64,000 nt of DNA from Mustelus asterias (GCF_964213995.1 NC_135807.1:137392001-137456000), one strand, 5' to 3'; positions 1 to 12,469 are shown, numbered from the stretch's first letter. A program made the numbers and translations. Notes: generated by a model not told the origin, from the sequence alone.

Positions 1-3000
1 TCCACCCTGGGAAAAAGCTTCTGATTATCCATTCTGTCCATGCCCCTCATAATCTTGTAGACTTCTATCAGGTCGCCACTCAACCTCCGTCGTTCCAGTG
101 AGAACAAACCAAGTTTCTCCAACCTTTCCTCATAGCTAATGCCCTCCATACCAGGCAACATCCTGGTAAATCTTTTCAGTACCTCTCCATAGCCTCCACA
201 TCCTTCTGGTAATGTGGCGATCAGAATTGAACACGATATTCTCAGTGCAGACTAACTAAGGTTCTATAAAGCCGCAACATAATTTGCCAATTTTTAAACT
301 CAATGCCCCAGCCGATGAAGGCAAGCATGTCGTATGCCTTCTTGACTACCTTCTCCACCTGCATTGCCACTTTCAGTGAGCTGTGAATCTGTACACTCAG
401 GTCCCTCTGCCTATCAATATTCTTAAGGGTTCTGCCATTTACTGTATATTTCCAACTGTATTAGACCTTCCAAAATGCATTACCTCACATTTGTCCCGAT
501 TAAACTCCATCTGCCATCTCTCCGTCCAAGTCTCCAACCGATCTATATCCTGCTGTATCCTCTGATGGTCCTCATCACTATCCGCAAATCCAACAACCTT
601 TCTGTCATCCACAAACTTATTAATCAAACCAGTTACATTTTCCTCCAAATCATTTATATATATTTCAAACAGCAAAGGCCCAGCACTGATCCCTGAGGAA
701 CGCCACTTGTCACAGCCCTCCATTCAGAAACACACCCTTCCACTGCTATCCTCTGTCTTCTATGATGAGCCAGATCTGTATCCACCTTGCCAGCTCACCT
801 TTGATCCCATGCGACTTAACCTTCTGCACTGGTCTGCCATGAGGGACCTTGTCAAAGGCCTTACTGAAGTCCATGTAGACAACATCCACTGCTCTACCCT
901 CATTAATCATTTTCATCATTGCCTCAAAAAACTCGATTAAGTTAATGAGATACGACCTCCCCTTCACAAATCCATGTTGCCTCTCGCTAATACATCCACT
1001 TATTTCCAAGTGGGAGTAAATCCTGTCTCGAAGAATCCTCTCCAAAAGTTTCCCTACCACTGACGTAAAGCTCACCAGCCTGTAATTACCTGGATTATTC
1101 TTGCTTAAACAAAGGAACAACAGTGGCTATTCTCCAATCCTCTGGGACCTCCCCTGTAGCCAGTGAGGATGCAAAGATTTCTCTCAAGGCCCCAGCAATT
1201 TCCTCCCTTGCCTGTCTGGGGTATATCCCAACAGGCCCTGGGGACTTGTCTACCTTAATGTTTCTCAAGAACCTCAATACCTCCTTTTTGATCTCAACAT
1301 GATTCAAATTATCTACATTCCTTTCCCAGACTCATCATCCACCAAGTCCTTCTCTTTGCTGAATACTGACGCAAAGTACTCATTTAATACCTCGCCCATA
1401 TCCTCTGGCTCCACACATAGAATCCCTCCCCTGTCCTTGAGTGGGCCAACCCTCTCCCTGGCTACCCTCTTGCTCTTTATATATGTATAAAAAGCCTTGG
1501 AATTTTCCTTAATCCTGCTGGCCAATGACTTTTCGTGATTCCTTTTAGCCCTCCTTACTCCTTGCTTAAGTTTCTTTCTACTTTCCTTGTATTCCACACT
1601 TGTTTTGTGTGTTCCCAGCCTCCTAGCCTTGACAAATGCTTCCTTTTTCTCTTTGACTAGGCTCACAATACCTCTTGTTATCCAAGGTTCCCAAAACTTG
1701 CCATACTTATCCTTCATCCTTACAGGAATGTGCCAGTTCTGAATCCCTGTCAACTTGCACTTGAAAGCCTCCTACATGCCAGATGTTGATTTGCTCTCAA
1801 ACATCTGTCCCCAATCTACATTCTTCAGTTCCTGCCTAATATTGTTGTAATTAGCCTTCCCCCAATTTAACACCTTAACTTGAGGACTACTCTTTATCCA
1901 TCAGGACCTTAACACTTACTGAATTGTGGTCACTATTCCCGAACTGCTCCCCTACTGAAACGTCGACCACCTGGCCGGGCTCATTCCCCAATACTAGGTC
2001 CAGTATGGCCCCTTCCCTTTTTGGACTATCTATACACTGTTTCAAGAAGCCCTCCTGCCCCATCTACACCCCTGGCACTAACTGAGTCCCAGTCAACATA
2101 GGGGAAGTTATCTCCCACCACAACTTTTACACCTTGCCAAAATCTGCCTACATATCTGTTCCTCTATCTCCTGCTGGCAGTTGGGGGACCTATAGTAAAC
2201 CCCCAACATTGTGACTGCACCCTTCCTATTCCTGAGCTCTATCCATATTGCCTCGCTGTATGAGCCATCCGAGGTGTCTCCTGCAGTACAGCTATGATAT
2301 TCTCCTTAACCAGTGGTGCAACTCCCCCACCCCTTTTACATCCCCCTCTATCCCATCTGAAACATCTGTATCCTGGGACATTAAGCTACCAATCCTATCC
2401 TTTCCTTAACCAAGTCTCTGTAATAGCAACAACATCATAGTTCCAAGCACTAATCCAAGCTCCTAAGTTCATTTGCCTTAACTGTTACACTTCTCGCATT
2501 GAAACAAATGCACCTCAGTTCAGCAGACCCTCTTTGATTAGCAATCACACACTGCCTGCTCTTTCTCTGAGTCTTACTGGCCCTTCTCTCTGGTTCCCCT
2601 TCAGCTAATTCACCTTTGATTTGGTTCCCATCCCCCTGCCAAACTAGTTTAAATCCTCCCGTGTGACACTAGCAAACCTCCCGGCCAAAATATTAATGCC
2701 CTTCCAGTTTAGATGCAACCCGTCCTTCTTGTACAGGTCCCACCTGCCCAGGAAGAGATCCCAATGGTCCAGATATCTGAAACCCTCCCTCCTACACCAG
2801 CTGTTTAGCCACGTGTTGAGCTGCACTATCTTCCTATTCCTAGCCTCACTGGCACTTGGCACAGGGAGTAATCCTGAGATTACAACCCTAGAGGTCCTGC
2901 TTTTTAAATTTCTACCTAACTCCCTAAACTGCTGCTGCAGGACCTCATCACTCTTCCTGCCTATGTCGTTAGTACCAATATATACCACGACCTCCAGCTG

Positions 3001-3780
3001 TTCACCCTCTCCCTTCAGAATGCTTTCTGCCCGTTCAGACATCTTGGACCCTGGCACCAGGGAGGCAACATACCATCCTGGAGTCTCTTTCACGTCCACA
3101 GAAGCACCTATCTGCACCCCTAACTATAGAGTCCCCTATAACTATTGCTCTAGTCTTCTTTGTCCTTCCCTGCTTAACAACAGAGCCAGCCATGGTGCCA
3201 CTGCTCTGGCTGCTGCTGTTGTCCCCTGATAGGCCAACCCCCCCAACAGTATCCAAAAGGGTATATTTGTTAGAGAGGATGATGACCAGGGGGGATTCCT
3301 GCACTGACTGCCTGCCCCTTCTAGCGGTCACCCATCTATCTGCCTGCACCTTGGGTGTGACCACGTCTCTGAAGCTCCTATCTACGACGTTTTTCGCCAT
3401 CTTCATGCTCCTAAGTGCATCCAACTGCTGCTCCAACCTATCCATGCGGTCTGTAAGGAGCTGCAATTGGGTGCACTTCCTGCAGACGTAGTCGTCTGAG
3501 ACACTGGAAGCGTCACAGATCTCCCACATCTCACAAGTGCAGCACTTAACCCCACTGACCAACATTTCTAACACCAATTAAATTATTTAAGAAAATTTAT
3601 AAAACTCTTACCTTCATTTTTACCTTTTCACAGTGGCCTTTTTTTTGGTCAGAGGAGGAGAGAGGGAGGGAAACACTAATTTAGTGTTTCGGGTTTACCG
3701 CTCCTTGACACCAGATCTTCCGCTTCCCACTTTTTAGTAGACTTTGCTAGTCTGACTTCTCCCAGAATGCACCAGTGAAA
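1..3780 (-). mobile_element. Near full-length decayed CR1-clade LINE (5' UTR, ORF1, frameshifted APE-RT ORF2); 3' end runs off the window
   Basis: Minus-strand ORF fragments give typical CR1 RT motifs (PGNYRLVSFTSVVGKLLERI, QHGFVKGRS, DVVYMDFSKAFDKVPH, NKFVDD, WQMEFNRDKCEVMHFG) at 439-1753, with ORF1 at 2644-3565. The 5' boundary is approximate. Confidence 0.9.
2644..3565 (-). pseudogene. CR1 ORF1 (CxxC..CxxC zinc finger, coiled coil, SGNH/GDSL esterase) with one frameshift near 3040
   Basis: CCTCEMW..CRKC, then a heptad-rich segment, then esterase blocks VIGDS, LPGA, GTND and DGLH. These are split between ORFs 3035-3577 and 2644-3117. ATG at 3565. Confidence 0.85.
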
Positions 3781-5340
3781 TCCCTCAGCCGCCTCTACCA
3801 GAATCAATGATTCATGGCTTATCCCAATGTTTGTTTGTATGGCTGCCATTGCTGACGTTGGGAGAGTGGAACTAACTATTGTCCTTCGAAAGAGCCAGTG
3901 CAAATGCAGTAGGCCAAATGGCCTCCTCCTGTATTATACTATTCTATGATATTCTATCTCCTCAGGAGTCTCTGTAAGGTGCCGAGAGGAAAATAATTTA
4001 TATATTCATCGAATGGTTCCCATTCGCTGCCATCCAAATGTCTCTCTTTCTCACCAAGAAACAGACATCTAAAGGGAGTCTGCATGGCACACATCTCATG
4101 CCAGTGGTAATGACAGATTCTTCTTGGTATTCCTGTCCCCAGTGGCACCTCTTCTGCAAAGGTAACTTGTGAAGAGTTTTCTGACTTTAGTCACCAAAAT
4201 TCATTATCTGATGAATCGGTGCTTGTCCCTTTAAATTCCCAAAGCTTTGAAATGTAATGTGTGCCACTCCCAGTCAATGTGGGCACTGTCTGCAGCTGGA
4301 TTTCAGTGAGGTTAGTGTGCAGGCCCCAATAACGTTGCTTGCAGGTGTTATCAATGGCTTTATTTTGAATCCTCTCTTGCAGGATTTGACTCGACTCCCA
4401 ACCAGAAGTGAGCAAGGCGAGAACCAGGTGTGAAAGAGCCTTTGTGCTCCACATTACTACTGGGAATTAGTTACATAGGGAACGTAATGTGGTGAAAATC
4501 CAACTCTTTAGAAACATAGGCCCTCGAGCCTGCAATTATTTATGTGTAAACAGTACAACAATCTCAGACAGCAAAGATGTGATTGGCAAATTTTCAATAT
4601 TTGCTTTCCAAATTGTGTTCTGCCATTAACTTTGCAAAAACAGCATCTTGTTGTCTGCCTCTTCACTGATGTACTGTGAGTTGCGTGAAACTACTATATT
4701 TGTACATTGATAACAACTAAACTCGCCACAGAAAATGAAGCCTCATCGATTAGATCTAGTACCCTTTTACTACAGGGTTAGTGATAATGACCACAGTCAA
4801 CCCCTTTGCAACGAAAATTAACTATTACAAGTTTGGAGTCTCATTCCTTCAGGTTTTAATTGTTGGAGATTTTAAAAGTGTAAAGTTTTTCATTACTTGT
4901 TTTTAATTGTGTGTTTCCTTTACCTCTTTTAACGTAAAATTTATATCCCTCCCTTTATTTCTATTTCTTTACCTGATTTGACATTGAATTCATCAAATCT
5001 AATTTACATTGCCTTCTCAGTCCATCTGCTGCTATCTTCACAATCTCTCAATCCAATTTGTTAAGTAGATGGATGCTTGACCTGTTCACCTGGATGTCCT
5101 GTTTTGTTCGCTGAGACATCATCAACTTGCACTTTCAGCAGCTAAACAGGCAAGGGCAAGTCTAACTAATAGCAAATGCCATTAGATACCCTGCTCCAGC
5201 AGAACTATGAGCCAATATGTTTGACACTATCAGCTTGTGAGGCACTGATATCGAACTGCTGCCTAATCCAAATGTCCAAATTGGCGAAAGTACAATCAGA
5301 GTCATTATCAGCTTTTGATTGCCTAGTGCTAACATTCTTT

Positions 5341-5550
5341 CACAGTAAAAAGTCTCACAACACCAGATTAAAGTCCAACAGGTTTATTTGGAATCATGAG
5401 CTTTCAGAGCGCAGCTCCTTCATCAGGTGAGTGATGAAGGAGCAGCGCTCCAAAAGCTCGTAATTCCAAATAAACCTGTTGGACTTTAACCTGGTGTTGA
5501 GAGACTTCTTACTGTGCCCACCCCAGTCCAACGCCGGCATCTCCACATCA
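5341..5550. mobile_element. Short Penelope-like pseudo-LTR hairpin insertion with hammerhead-like motif
   Basis: Inverted arms 5341-5428 and 5432-5516, a 34-bp tail to 5550, and a 12-bp direct repeat CATTCTTTCACA at 5333-5344 and 5549-5560. The arm sequence matches the terminus of the RT/GIY-YIG element at 35.3 kb. Confidence 0.85.
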
Positions 5551-6523
5551 TTCTTTCACATCACCTTGACAAATATCATGAAGGGATGATGTTTAACTGT
5601 TATGGAGCACCAATGATGTGATCTGTTTATGAAGTGAGTCTTCAGTTAAAGCATTCCACTACCACTCCGTGACTGCACAAGTCAGGATCTAACACCTGAC
5701 TGCATCAACAGATTGGCTTTCTGTGTTTTTAAAGAAAAATATGTCACTGGCAGTCTTCCCTATCAGAGAACTGCAGGTGGCTGTGTTACATTCACAGCAA
5801 CCCAGAGGACAAGAATTTACAGACAAACTCACACCCTGCACAGGGTCATCGGGCCCAAAAGGAACCAACACATAGAACAGGCACAAATGATCAACCCCTG
5901 AGTGGTAACATTATCTGTACAAGCAACAATCACATAAAACAAGCAGGTCGTTTGTAAAGGCTTCGGAAATTTGCTCATCTGTAGCAAAGTTGTGTTTGAT
6001 ATATTGGGACCTTGTTTAAGTGAGGCACCTTGTGCCATTCCCCATTAGTTGGACTTAATTGACTTCAGCTCCAGTTAATTTGCCTTATATCTTGCTGGGA
6101 GTAAGAGCTGATACAACAGCATGGTGAGGGCAATACGGCATCTGGGATCTCAGTCAAAGATGGAATCAAAAGATTATTTCCTTAATTAAATGATTTTTAA
6201 GGATTGGGAAAGACATGGGGAAATATGGAGAAGGAAATTGGGTGGAATCAGATGCAGAAAGGGAAGTAAAAAGAGTGGAGGGGGGATGGAATGGGATGAG
6301 TGGAACAGAAACAGATGCCATAGGGTTTTTCAAAGGCAATTAGACATGTATATACTATAGTTTCCAGTTGGGTAGTCAGTTTTTAACAACCCTCAGTATG
6401 AGAACATTTCTCCCCATTTCCCCTCTAGTTCCTTCACCAATTATTTTAAATCTATGACCTCTGGTTAGCGACTTGCTTGCCAAAGGAAACTGAGTCTCCC
6501 TACTTGCCTTTACAAATTAACAC

Positions 6524-6820
6524 TCATAGAATCACTATACTGCAGAAGGAGGCCATTCGGCCCATCAAGCCTGCACTGACAACAGTCCCACCCAGGCCCT
6601 ATCACCATAACCCCATGGATTTACCCAGCAATTTAGCATGGCCAATTCACCTAACCTACACATCTTTAGACTGTGGGAGGAAACCAGAGCACCCGAAGGA
6701 AACCCATGCAGACACGGGGAGAATGTGTAGACTCCGCACGGACAGTGACCCAAACCGGGAATTGAACCCAGGTCCATGGCACTGTGAGGGAGCAGCGCTA
6801 ACCACTGTGTCACCATGCCA
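6524..6820 (-). mobile_element. HE1-like V-SINE (tRNA head, CR1-type tail) nested in an older CR1 fragment
   Basis: tRNA-like head TGGTTAGCGCTGCT..GGTTCAATTCC, central CTCCCCGTGTCTGCATGGGTTTCC, and tail GGCCTCCTTCTGCA..GATTCTATGA, all on the minus strand. Confidence 0.85.
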
Positions 6821-7161
6821 CTCCTTAATGTTTTAAACCTCTATTAATTATCCCCTTTACGCTCTCTCAGCTTATTAGAGAACAATCCCAACTTCCCCAC
6901 TCTCTCAAGATCACTGAACTCCCTCATTCCTGGCATCAACCTGGCACAAGTTATAATTGTACCCGAGATGAGGGAAAGTCACGTATTCTTTCTATGGAAG
7001 CTTTTGTTCCAATGGAAACTTTATTTCATGGATTGATCGCTCTCCATGAATTAAATTCATCGGTGCGAGAGTATTGCATGTCCCACCACTCTGGAAATCC
7101 AGTGAAAACAAGATCATACACCCTTGCAACAAGATTAAATCTCCTGTTCCATAAGATCACT

Positions 7162-7568
7162 GGGCAGCACGGTGGCACTGCTGCTTCACAGCGCCAGGGT
7201 CCCAGGTTCAATTCCGGCCTCGGGTGACTGTCTGTGTGGAGTCTGCATGTTCTCCCCATGTCTGCATGGGTTTCCTCCGGGTGCTCAGGTTTCCTCCCAC
7301 ACTTCAAAGATGTGCGGGTTAGGTAGATTGGCTGTGCTAAATTGCCCCTTGGTGTCCAAAGATGTGCAGGTTAGGTCAATTGGCTATGCTAAATTGCCCC
7401 TTAGTGTCCCAAAATGTGTAGGTTAGATGAATTAGCCATGGTAAATGAGTGGGGTTACGGGGATTGGGCAGGGGAGAGGGCCTGGGTAAGATACTCTGTT
7501 GGAGAGTTGGTGCAGACTTGATGGGCCCAATGGCCTCTTCTGCTCTGTAAGAATTCTATGATTCTATG
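7162..7568 (+). mobile_element. HE1-like V-SINE with internal ~50-bp duplication
   Basis: Same head, body and tail; the AAAGATGTGC..GCTAAATTGCCCCTT block is repeated (about 7307-7410). Confidence 0.85.
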
Positions 7569-7849
7569 GATGTGTGTCCATTGAGGGAGATGATGATTAG
7601 AATTGGAGGAGACTCGTTTGGAGCAAAACACACTTAGATTGGTTGGACCAAATGGCCTACCTCTGCACTATAGCTTCAATGTAACTTTCTCGTGCCTGTC
7701 AGAATTTCTGATTATCAAACCAATTGTGAATGAACAATTTTCCAGGCATTCAAAGAGGAAAATATGATTTGAGGGAAAATGTGTTTGACCCTGATGTTTA
7801 CGAAAACAGTAATAGGTTTCACAGAAAATGTCAACATCTGGTGTAATAG

Positions 7850-8180
7850 TCCCTATCTCCATAACCTTCTCCAACCTTAAAATCCTCCGAGGTCATTGCC
7901 CCCCATTCCCTGCTCCAATTTTGGCCTCTGGAATGACCCTGATTTTCTTCCATCATTGGTGGCCATGCCTTCAACTGCTCGTGCCTTAAGCTCTGGAATC
8001 CCTCCTCCCACGAACCTTTCAGACACTCTTCCTCTCTCTTTCATAAGACCTTCCTTAAAACTTACCTCGTTGACCAAACTTTTTTCTCCTTAAGTCAGAT
8101 TTTGTTTTGGAATGATCCTGAAGCTCTTGGGACTTTTGCTACGTTAAAAGCATCACAACAAAGCAAGTTGTTGTTGTTGA
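7850..8180 (+). mobile_element. L2-clade LINE 3' fragment; related copies at ~10010-10440 (+), 16027-16420 (-), 21375-21780 (-), 27085-27300 (-), 51760-51980 (-)
   Basis: Recurrent 'GG(H/R)AFS..P.LWNSLP..FK..LKT.LF' coding end followed by a short tail with simple-repeat end, seen in several copies here. Clade assigned from memory. Confidence 0.65.
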
Positions 8181-8450
8181 TGAGTTCTGTCCCTGGATGA
8201 GAAGCATTTATTCAACAACAGATGGCGATGTTACAAAAGGCACAAGTGATACATGGCCACAGCAATGGGTCCAGCACTCAGAACTTAACATCAAAGCAGC
8301 AAGATAAATGGTGTAACTGTAGACACTGCACCTTTCCACTAATAAACAAAAATAAAGTCTTACATTTCTATAGCACCTTTCATGACCTCAGGATGCTCCA
8401 AAGCACTTCCAAGCCAATGAAGTACTTTCTGAAATGTGGTCACTGCTGTA

Positions 8451-8877
8451 TCATAGAATGTACAGTGCAGAAAGAGGCCATTTGGTCCATCGAGCCTGCA
8501 CCGACAACAATCCCACCCAGGTCCTATCCACGTAACCCCACATATTTACCCCACTAATCCCCCTGACACTAAGAGGCAATTTATCATGGTCAATCCACCT
8601 AACTCGCACATCTTTGGAGTGTAATGTAGGAAATGATGAAAACAGCCAATCTGTACACAGCAATAACAGCAAAGTGATCATGGCCCACATATTTACCTTG
8701 CTAACCACTCTAACCTCCACATCCCGGGACACCAAGGGGCAATTGGACATGGCCAATGCACCTAACCTGCACATCTTTGGAGTGTGGGAGGAAACCAGAG
8801 CACCCGGAGGAAAGCCACGCAGGGACATGGGGAGAACGTGCAGACAGTGGCCCAAGCTGGGAATCAAACCCAGGTCC
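8451..8877 (-). mobile_element. HE1-like V-SINE pieces (8451-8620, 8690-8877) interleaved with a DeuSINE 3' fragment (8350-8450, 8621-8690)
   Basis: Direct similarity to other copies in this window. Confidence 0.75.
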
Positions 8878-9905
8878 AAATTCAATGTTGAGAACTCCTG
8901 GGGCAACTCCCTCTCGATTGCATAGCACTGTGCTGCCCACCACCTCTGGTGGGTCTGTCCTGTCAGTGGCATGGTGGGATCAGGGACATTGCCTGTAAGG
9001 TATGATTCCATGTGTGTGACTATGTCAGGCTGGTGCTTGACTAGTCTAGGGGCAGCTCTCCCAGTTTTGGCACAAAGTTTGACAGGGCTGGATTTGCCAT
9101 TGCCATTTCCAGTGCCTAGGTTGATGCCGGGTGACCCATCCTGTTTCATTCCTTATGTGGGCTTTGTAGCAGTTTGATACAACCGAGGACTCGCTAGGTT
9201 ATTTCAGAGGGCATTTAAAAATCAAACACATTGCTGTGGCTCTGGAGTCACATGTATGCTAGACCCGGTAAGGACAGCAGATTTCCTTCCCTAAAGGACA
9301 TTAGTGAACCAGATGGCGTTTTCTGACAATCGGCAAGGCCACTGTTACTGAGACGAGCTTGTTAATTGCAGATTTATTAACTGAATTTAAGTTCCACTAG
9401 CTGCTGTGATGGAATATGAACCTGAATACACAGGTCCCCCACCCCTCCATCCCCTCTTCCCCATACCCCCACAGCTGATGATTCAGTACTCCTCCATGTT
9501 GAACACCACTAAAAGGAAGCACAGAGGAGTGGCAAGGGCATAGAATGTACTCTAGGTGGGCATTTCAATGTCCATCACCAAAAGTGACTTGATAGCACCA
9601 CCATTGACCAAGCTGGCCAAGTCCTGAAGAATATCGCTGCTGGACTGGGTCTGAAGCAGGTGGTGAAGGAATCAACAAGAGGGAAAAACATACTTGATCT
9701 TGTCTTCACCAACCCACCTGTCACAGATGCATCTGTCCATTACAGTATCAGTAAGAGTGACCGCCGCACAATCCCTGTGGATACAAAGCCCAATCTTCAT
9801 ATTAAGGTTACCCTCCATGTGTGGCATTTACACCGTGCTAAATGGGATAGACTTCAAACACATCTAGCAACACAAATCTGGGCATCCTATCTGCTATCAA
9901 CAGCA
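8878..9905. mobile_element. LINE fragment with tRNA-like 5' head and APE endonuclease; 5' part inverted (8878-9425 minus, 9472-9905 plus)
   Basis: Minus part reads head, then RLVKHQPDIVTHMESYL..GGSTVL..REGVA. Plus part continues the same domain (SADDSVLLHVEHH..FNVHH..TRGKNILDLVFTN..SD). Confidence 0.75.
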
Positions 9906-10445
9906 CTAGTTATCCATTTATAAACTGGTTGAATACAATTGAAAGCTAGTAAGAGATTGCAAATTATGAGATGCAGAGGTAGAAACTGACATTTTCTAAA
10001 TTACACAAGTAGCTTGCAAACGCTGTTCCAAATCTGGCCCCAAACATCCCCAATTTTAAATGCCCCACCATTGGTGACTGTGCCAATAATTGCCGAGACC
10101 TCAAACTCTGAAATTCCCGACCTAAACCACTCTGCCTTGTATCTCCCTGCCCTGCTTCAAGACACTCCTTAAAACCCATCTGGTTCACTAATGTCCTTTA
10201 GGAAAGGAAATCTGTCGTCCTTACCCGGTCTGGCCTAAATGCGACTCCATAGCCATAGCAATGTGGTTGACTCTCAACTGCCCTCGGGCAACTAGAGATG
10301 AGCAATAAATGCTGGCCGGCCGGCGATGCCCATGTCCAACAAATGAATTAATGAAAACTACCTCTTTGACCCAGATTTCAGTGATCCGTCCTAACATCTC
10401 CCTATGTGGTTGAATAATGCACTGGGATACTAAACTATTAAATTA

Positions 10446-11410
10446 GGGGAGGTGATAGTCTAATGGTATTATCGGTAGACTATTTATCCAGAAACTCAAC
10501 GAATGTTCCGGGGATCTGGGTTCGAATCCCGCCATGGCAGATGGTGGAATTTGAATTCAATTTTTAAAATCTGGAATTAAGAATCTACTGATGACTATGG
10601 AACCAATCATAGCTATATGAACGGAGTGGGAATGGAGGGATACAAAAGAGTGGTCTAGTTTGGACCAGGGAGCGGCGCGGGCTAATTGTTCCTTGTTTCT
10701 CGTTTCAAGGCTTCATTCTATGATCATCTTGCTGGTGCCAGTACAGAGCGAGACTGCGGATAGTTGGGAACCTGTCTCGGGGGCAGGGAATTCATATGGT
10801 GTTCGTGGAAGTGGAAATGACTAGGGTTGGGAAGCATTTTCCGATCAGGGCCATTGTGATCTCCTGGACTCGTTTCGATCGCCTCAGGGGGTTGGAGAGG
10901 AATTTCCCAGATTTTTTTTCCCCATATTGGCCCTGGGGTTTTTCACTCTGGGTTTTCGCCTCTCCCTGGAGATCACATGGTCTGGAATGGGGGGGTGGGG
11001 GTGAGTTAATAGGTTGTAATGAACAAAGCATCGTAGCTGTGAGGGACAGCTCGGTGGATAGGATATTGGTATGTAGATAGGCTGGAAAATTGGGCGGGGA
11101 TCCTGGATTCAGGATTCAATCCTGGACCGGGGAGCGGCGCGGGCTTGGAGGGCCGAAGGGCCTGTTTCTGTGCTGTATTGTTCTTTGTTCTTTGTTTGTT
11201 CATTGTCAATTGTCAGAAAAACACACCTGGTTGGAAGGAAATCTGTCATCCTTACCCGGTCTGGCCTACATGTGACTCCAGAGCCACAGCAATGTGGTTG
11301 ACTCTCAACCACCCTCTGAAATGGTCTAGCAAGCCATTCAGTTCAAGGGCAACGAGGGATTGGCAATAAATGCTGGCCCAGCCAGCGATGCCCATGTCCC
11401 ACAAATGAAT
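10446..11410 (+). mobile_element. tRNA-headed SINE (shares head with the LINE at 8878-9425), interrupted by a younger CR1 3' end at ~10606-11200; related copies 10170-10352, 54200-54510, 54535-55250
   Basis: A box TAGTCTAATGG at 10456-10466 and B box GGTTCGAATCC at 10519-10529. The body resumes at 11201 and ends GGCAATAAATGCTGGCCC..CCCACAAATGAATAAA. Confidence 0.75.
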
Positions 11411-12469
11411 AAACATTAATGATGCCATTGTTGTTGTAGTCGTGTAGCACGAGATCATATCAGAATGGTTTAGGTTTTCAGGTTCAGGATATATACAGGA
11501 GATGAAATGCAAGTCATATCTTGCCCAGTGAATAGTGAAGCTGAATTGCGTATCGTCCCGAACACCATTTCCACAATGGCTTGTCATCAAAAAGCTGCTT
11601 TGCTCCCTGGTGCTCTTTCTTTAAGAGGAGCCGCACTGTCAGCCCTGTTCACATGCTCCATCCTGACAAACCTGCCAAGCAAACAGATAAGGACTGGAAA
11701 AGGATTTTATTTACAACCAGCCAGAGAGAGAGAGACGCAAGCCTTTAATGGCAATGTCTCAGCACCAGCTGAAACCGCTGCATTGGATCACATCTGCTAG
11801 CTTACCCTTGCAGAAAATAACCTTGAGGTGAAGGAAAGCAATATCTGGTGAGAGGCTGTCACCTGATACAGACATCCCTCAGTGCATTTATAAATACAGG
11901 AATCAGAAACAAAAATGATGTGACTGAAATAAAGCATAAGGGAAAACATCCCTGGGAACTGTGTACTCCCAGCAATTATTAATTCTGTTTGGCATGGACA
12001 TATGCACCTCCTAGCTTAACAGGAGCCACACTTATCTCAAACCAGAGACAGACTAAATAACAAGGTGACATCTTTGCATTAAAGACCATCTGAATATCTG
12101 CCCAGAACCTGCCTCTTTTCTAAAAGATGTCACAGTCAAATGGATTCTCCACGTAGTATGTTTCCAGTAATGGAATATAAAGGGAATCATGTTACCATTG
12201 GGATGTGATGTTACAGTGTTACATTCGCTTACAGTCTGGGTTTCGGGCCTTTATTGATGTAACAGACAAAAGAATTTTCCTTGGGACACATCAACACATC
12301 CATGTGCCAATAGCACTGAGTGCAGTTTCAGCCTCGGGGCTCTGTAGTCTCCTGGCCCGAGTCATGCGCTACTTGAAAATAAGAATTATTTTGAATAGCA
12401 CACAGCCTTTGGGACTGTAGATTGACTGAGCTTTTTATAAAATCATAATTACACTGGCTTGGAATTTGC

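Noticed and set aside
3568-3623. GT..AG intron-like segment just before CR1 ORF1
   Set aside because: Only 44-56 nt, below the usual vertebrate intron minimum, and no clear pyrimidine tract.
4208-4255. CTGATGA..GAAA resembling a hammerhead
   Set aside because: No stem II or stem I pairing is evident.
10446-10535. tRNA gene
   Set aside because: A and B boxes are present but the sequence continues into a multi-copy SINE body with no clean cloverleaf; the same applies to the other SINE heads.
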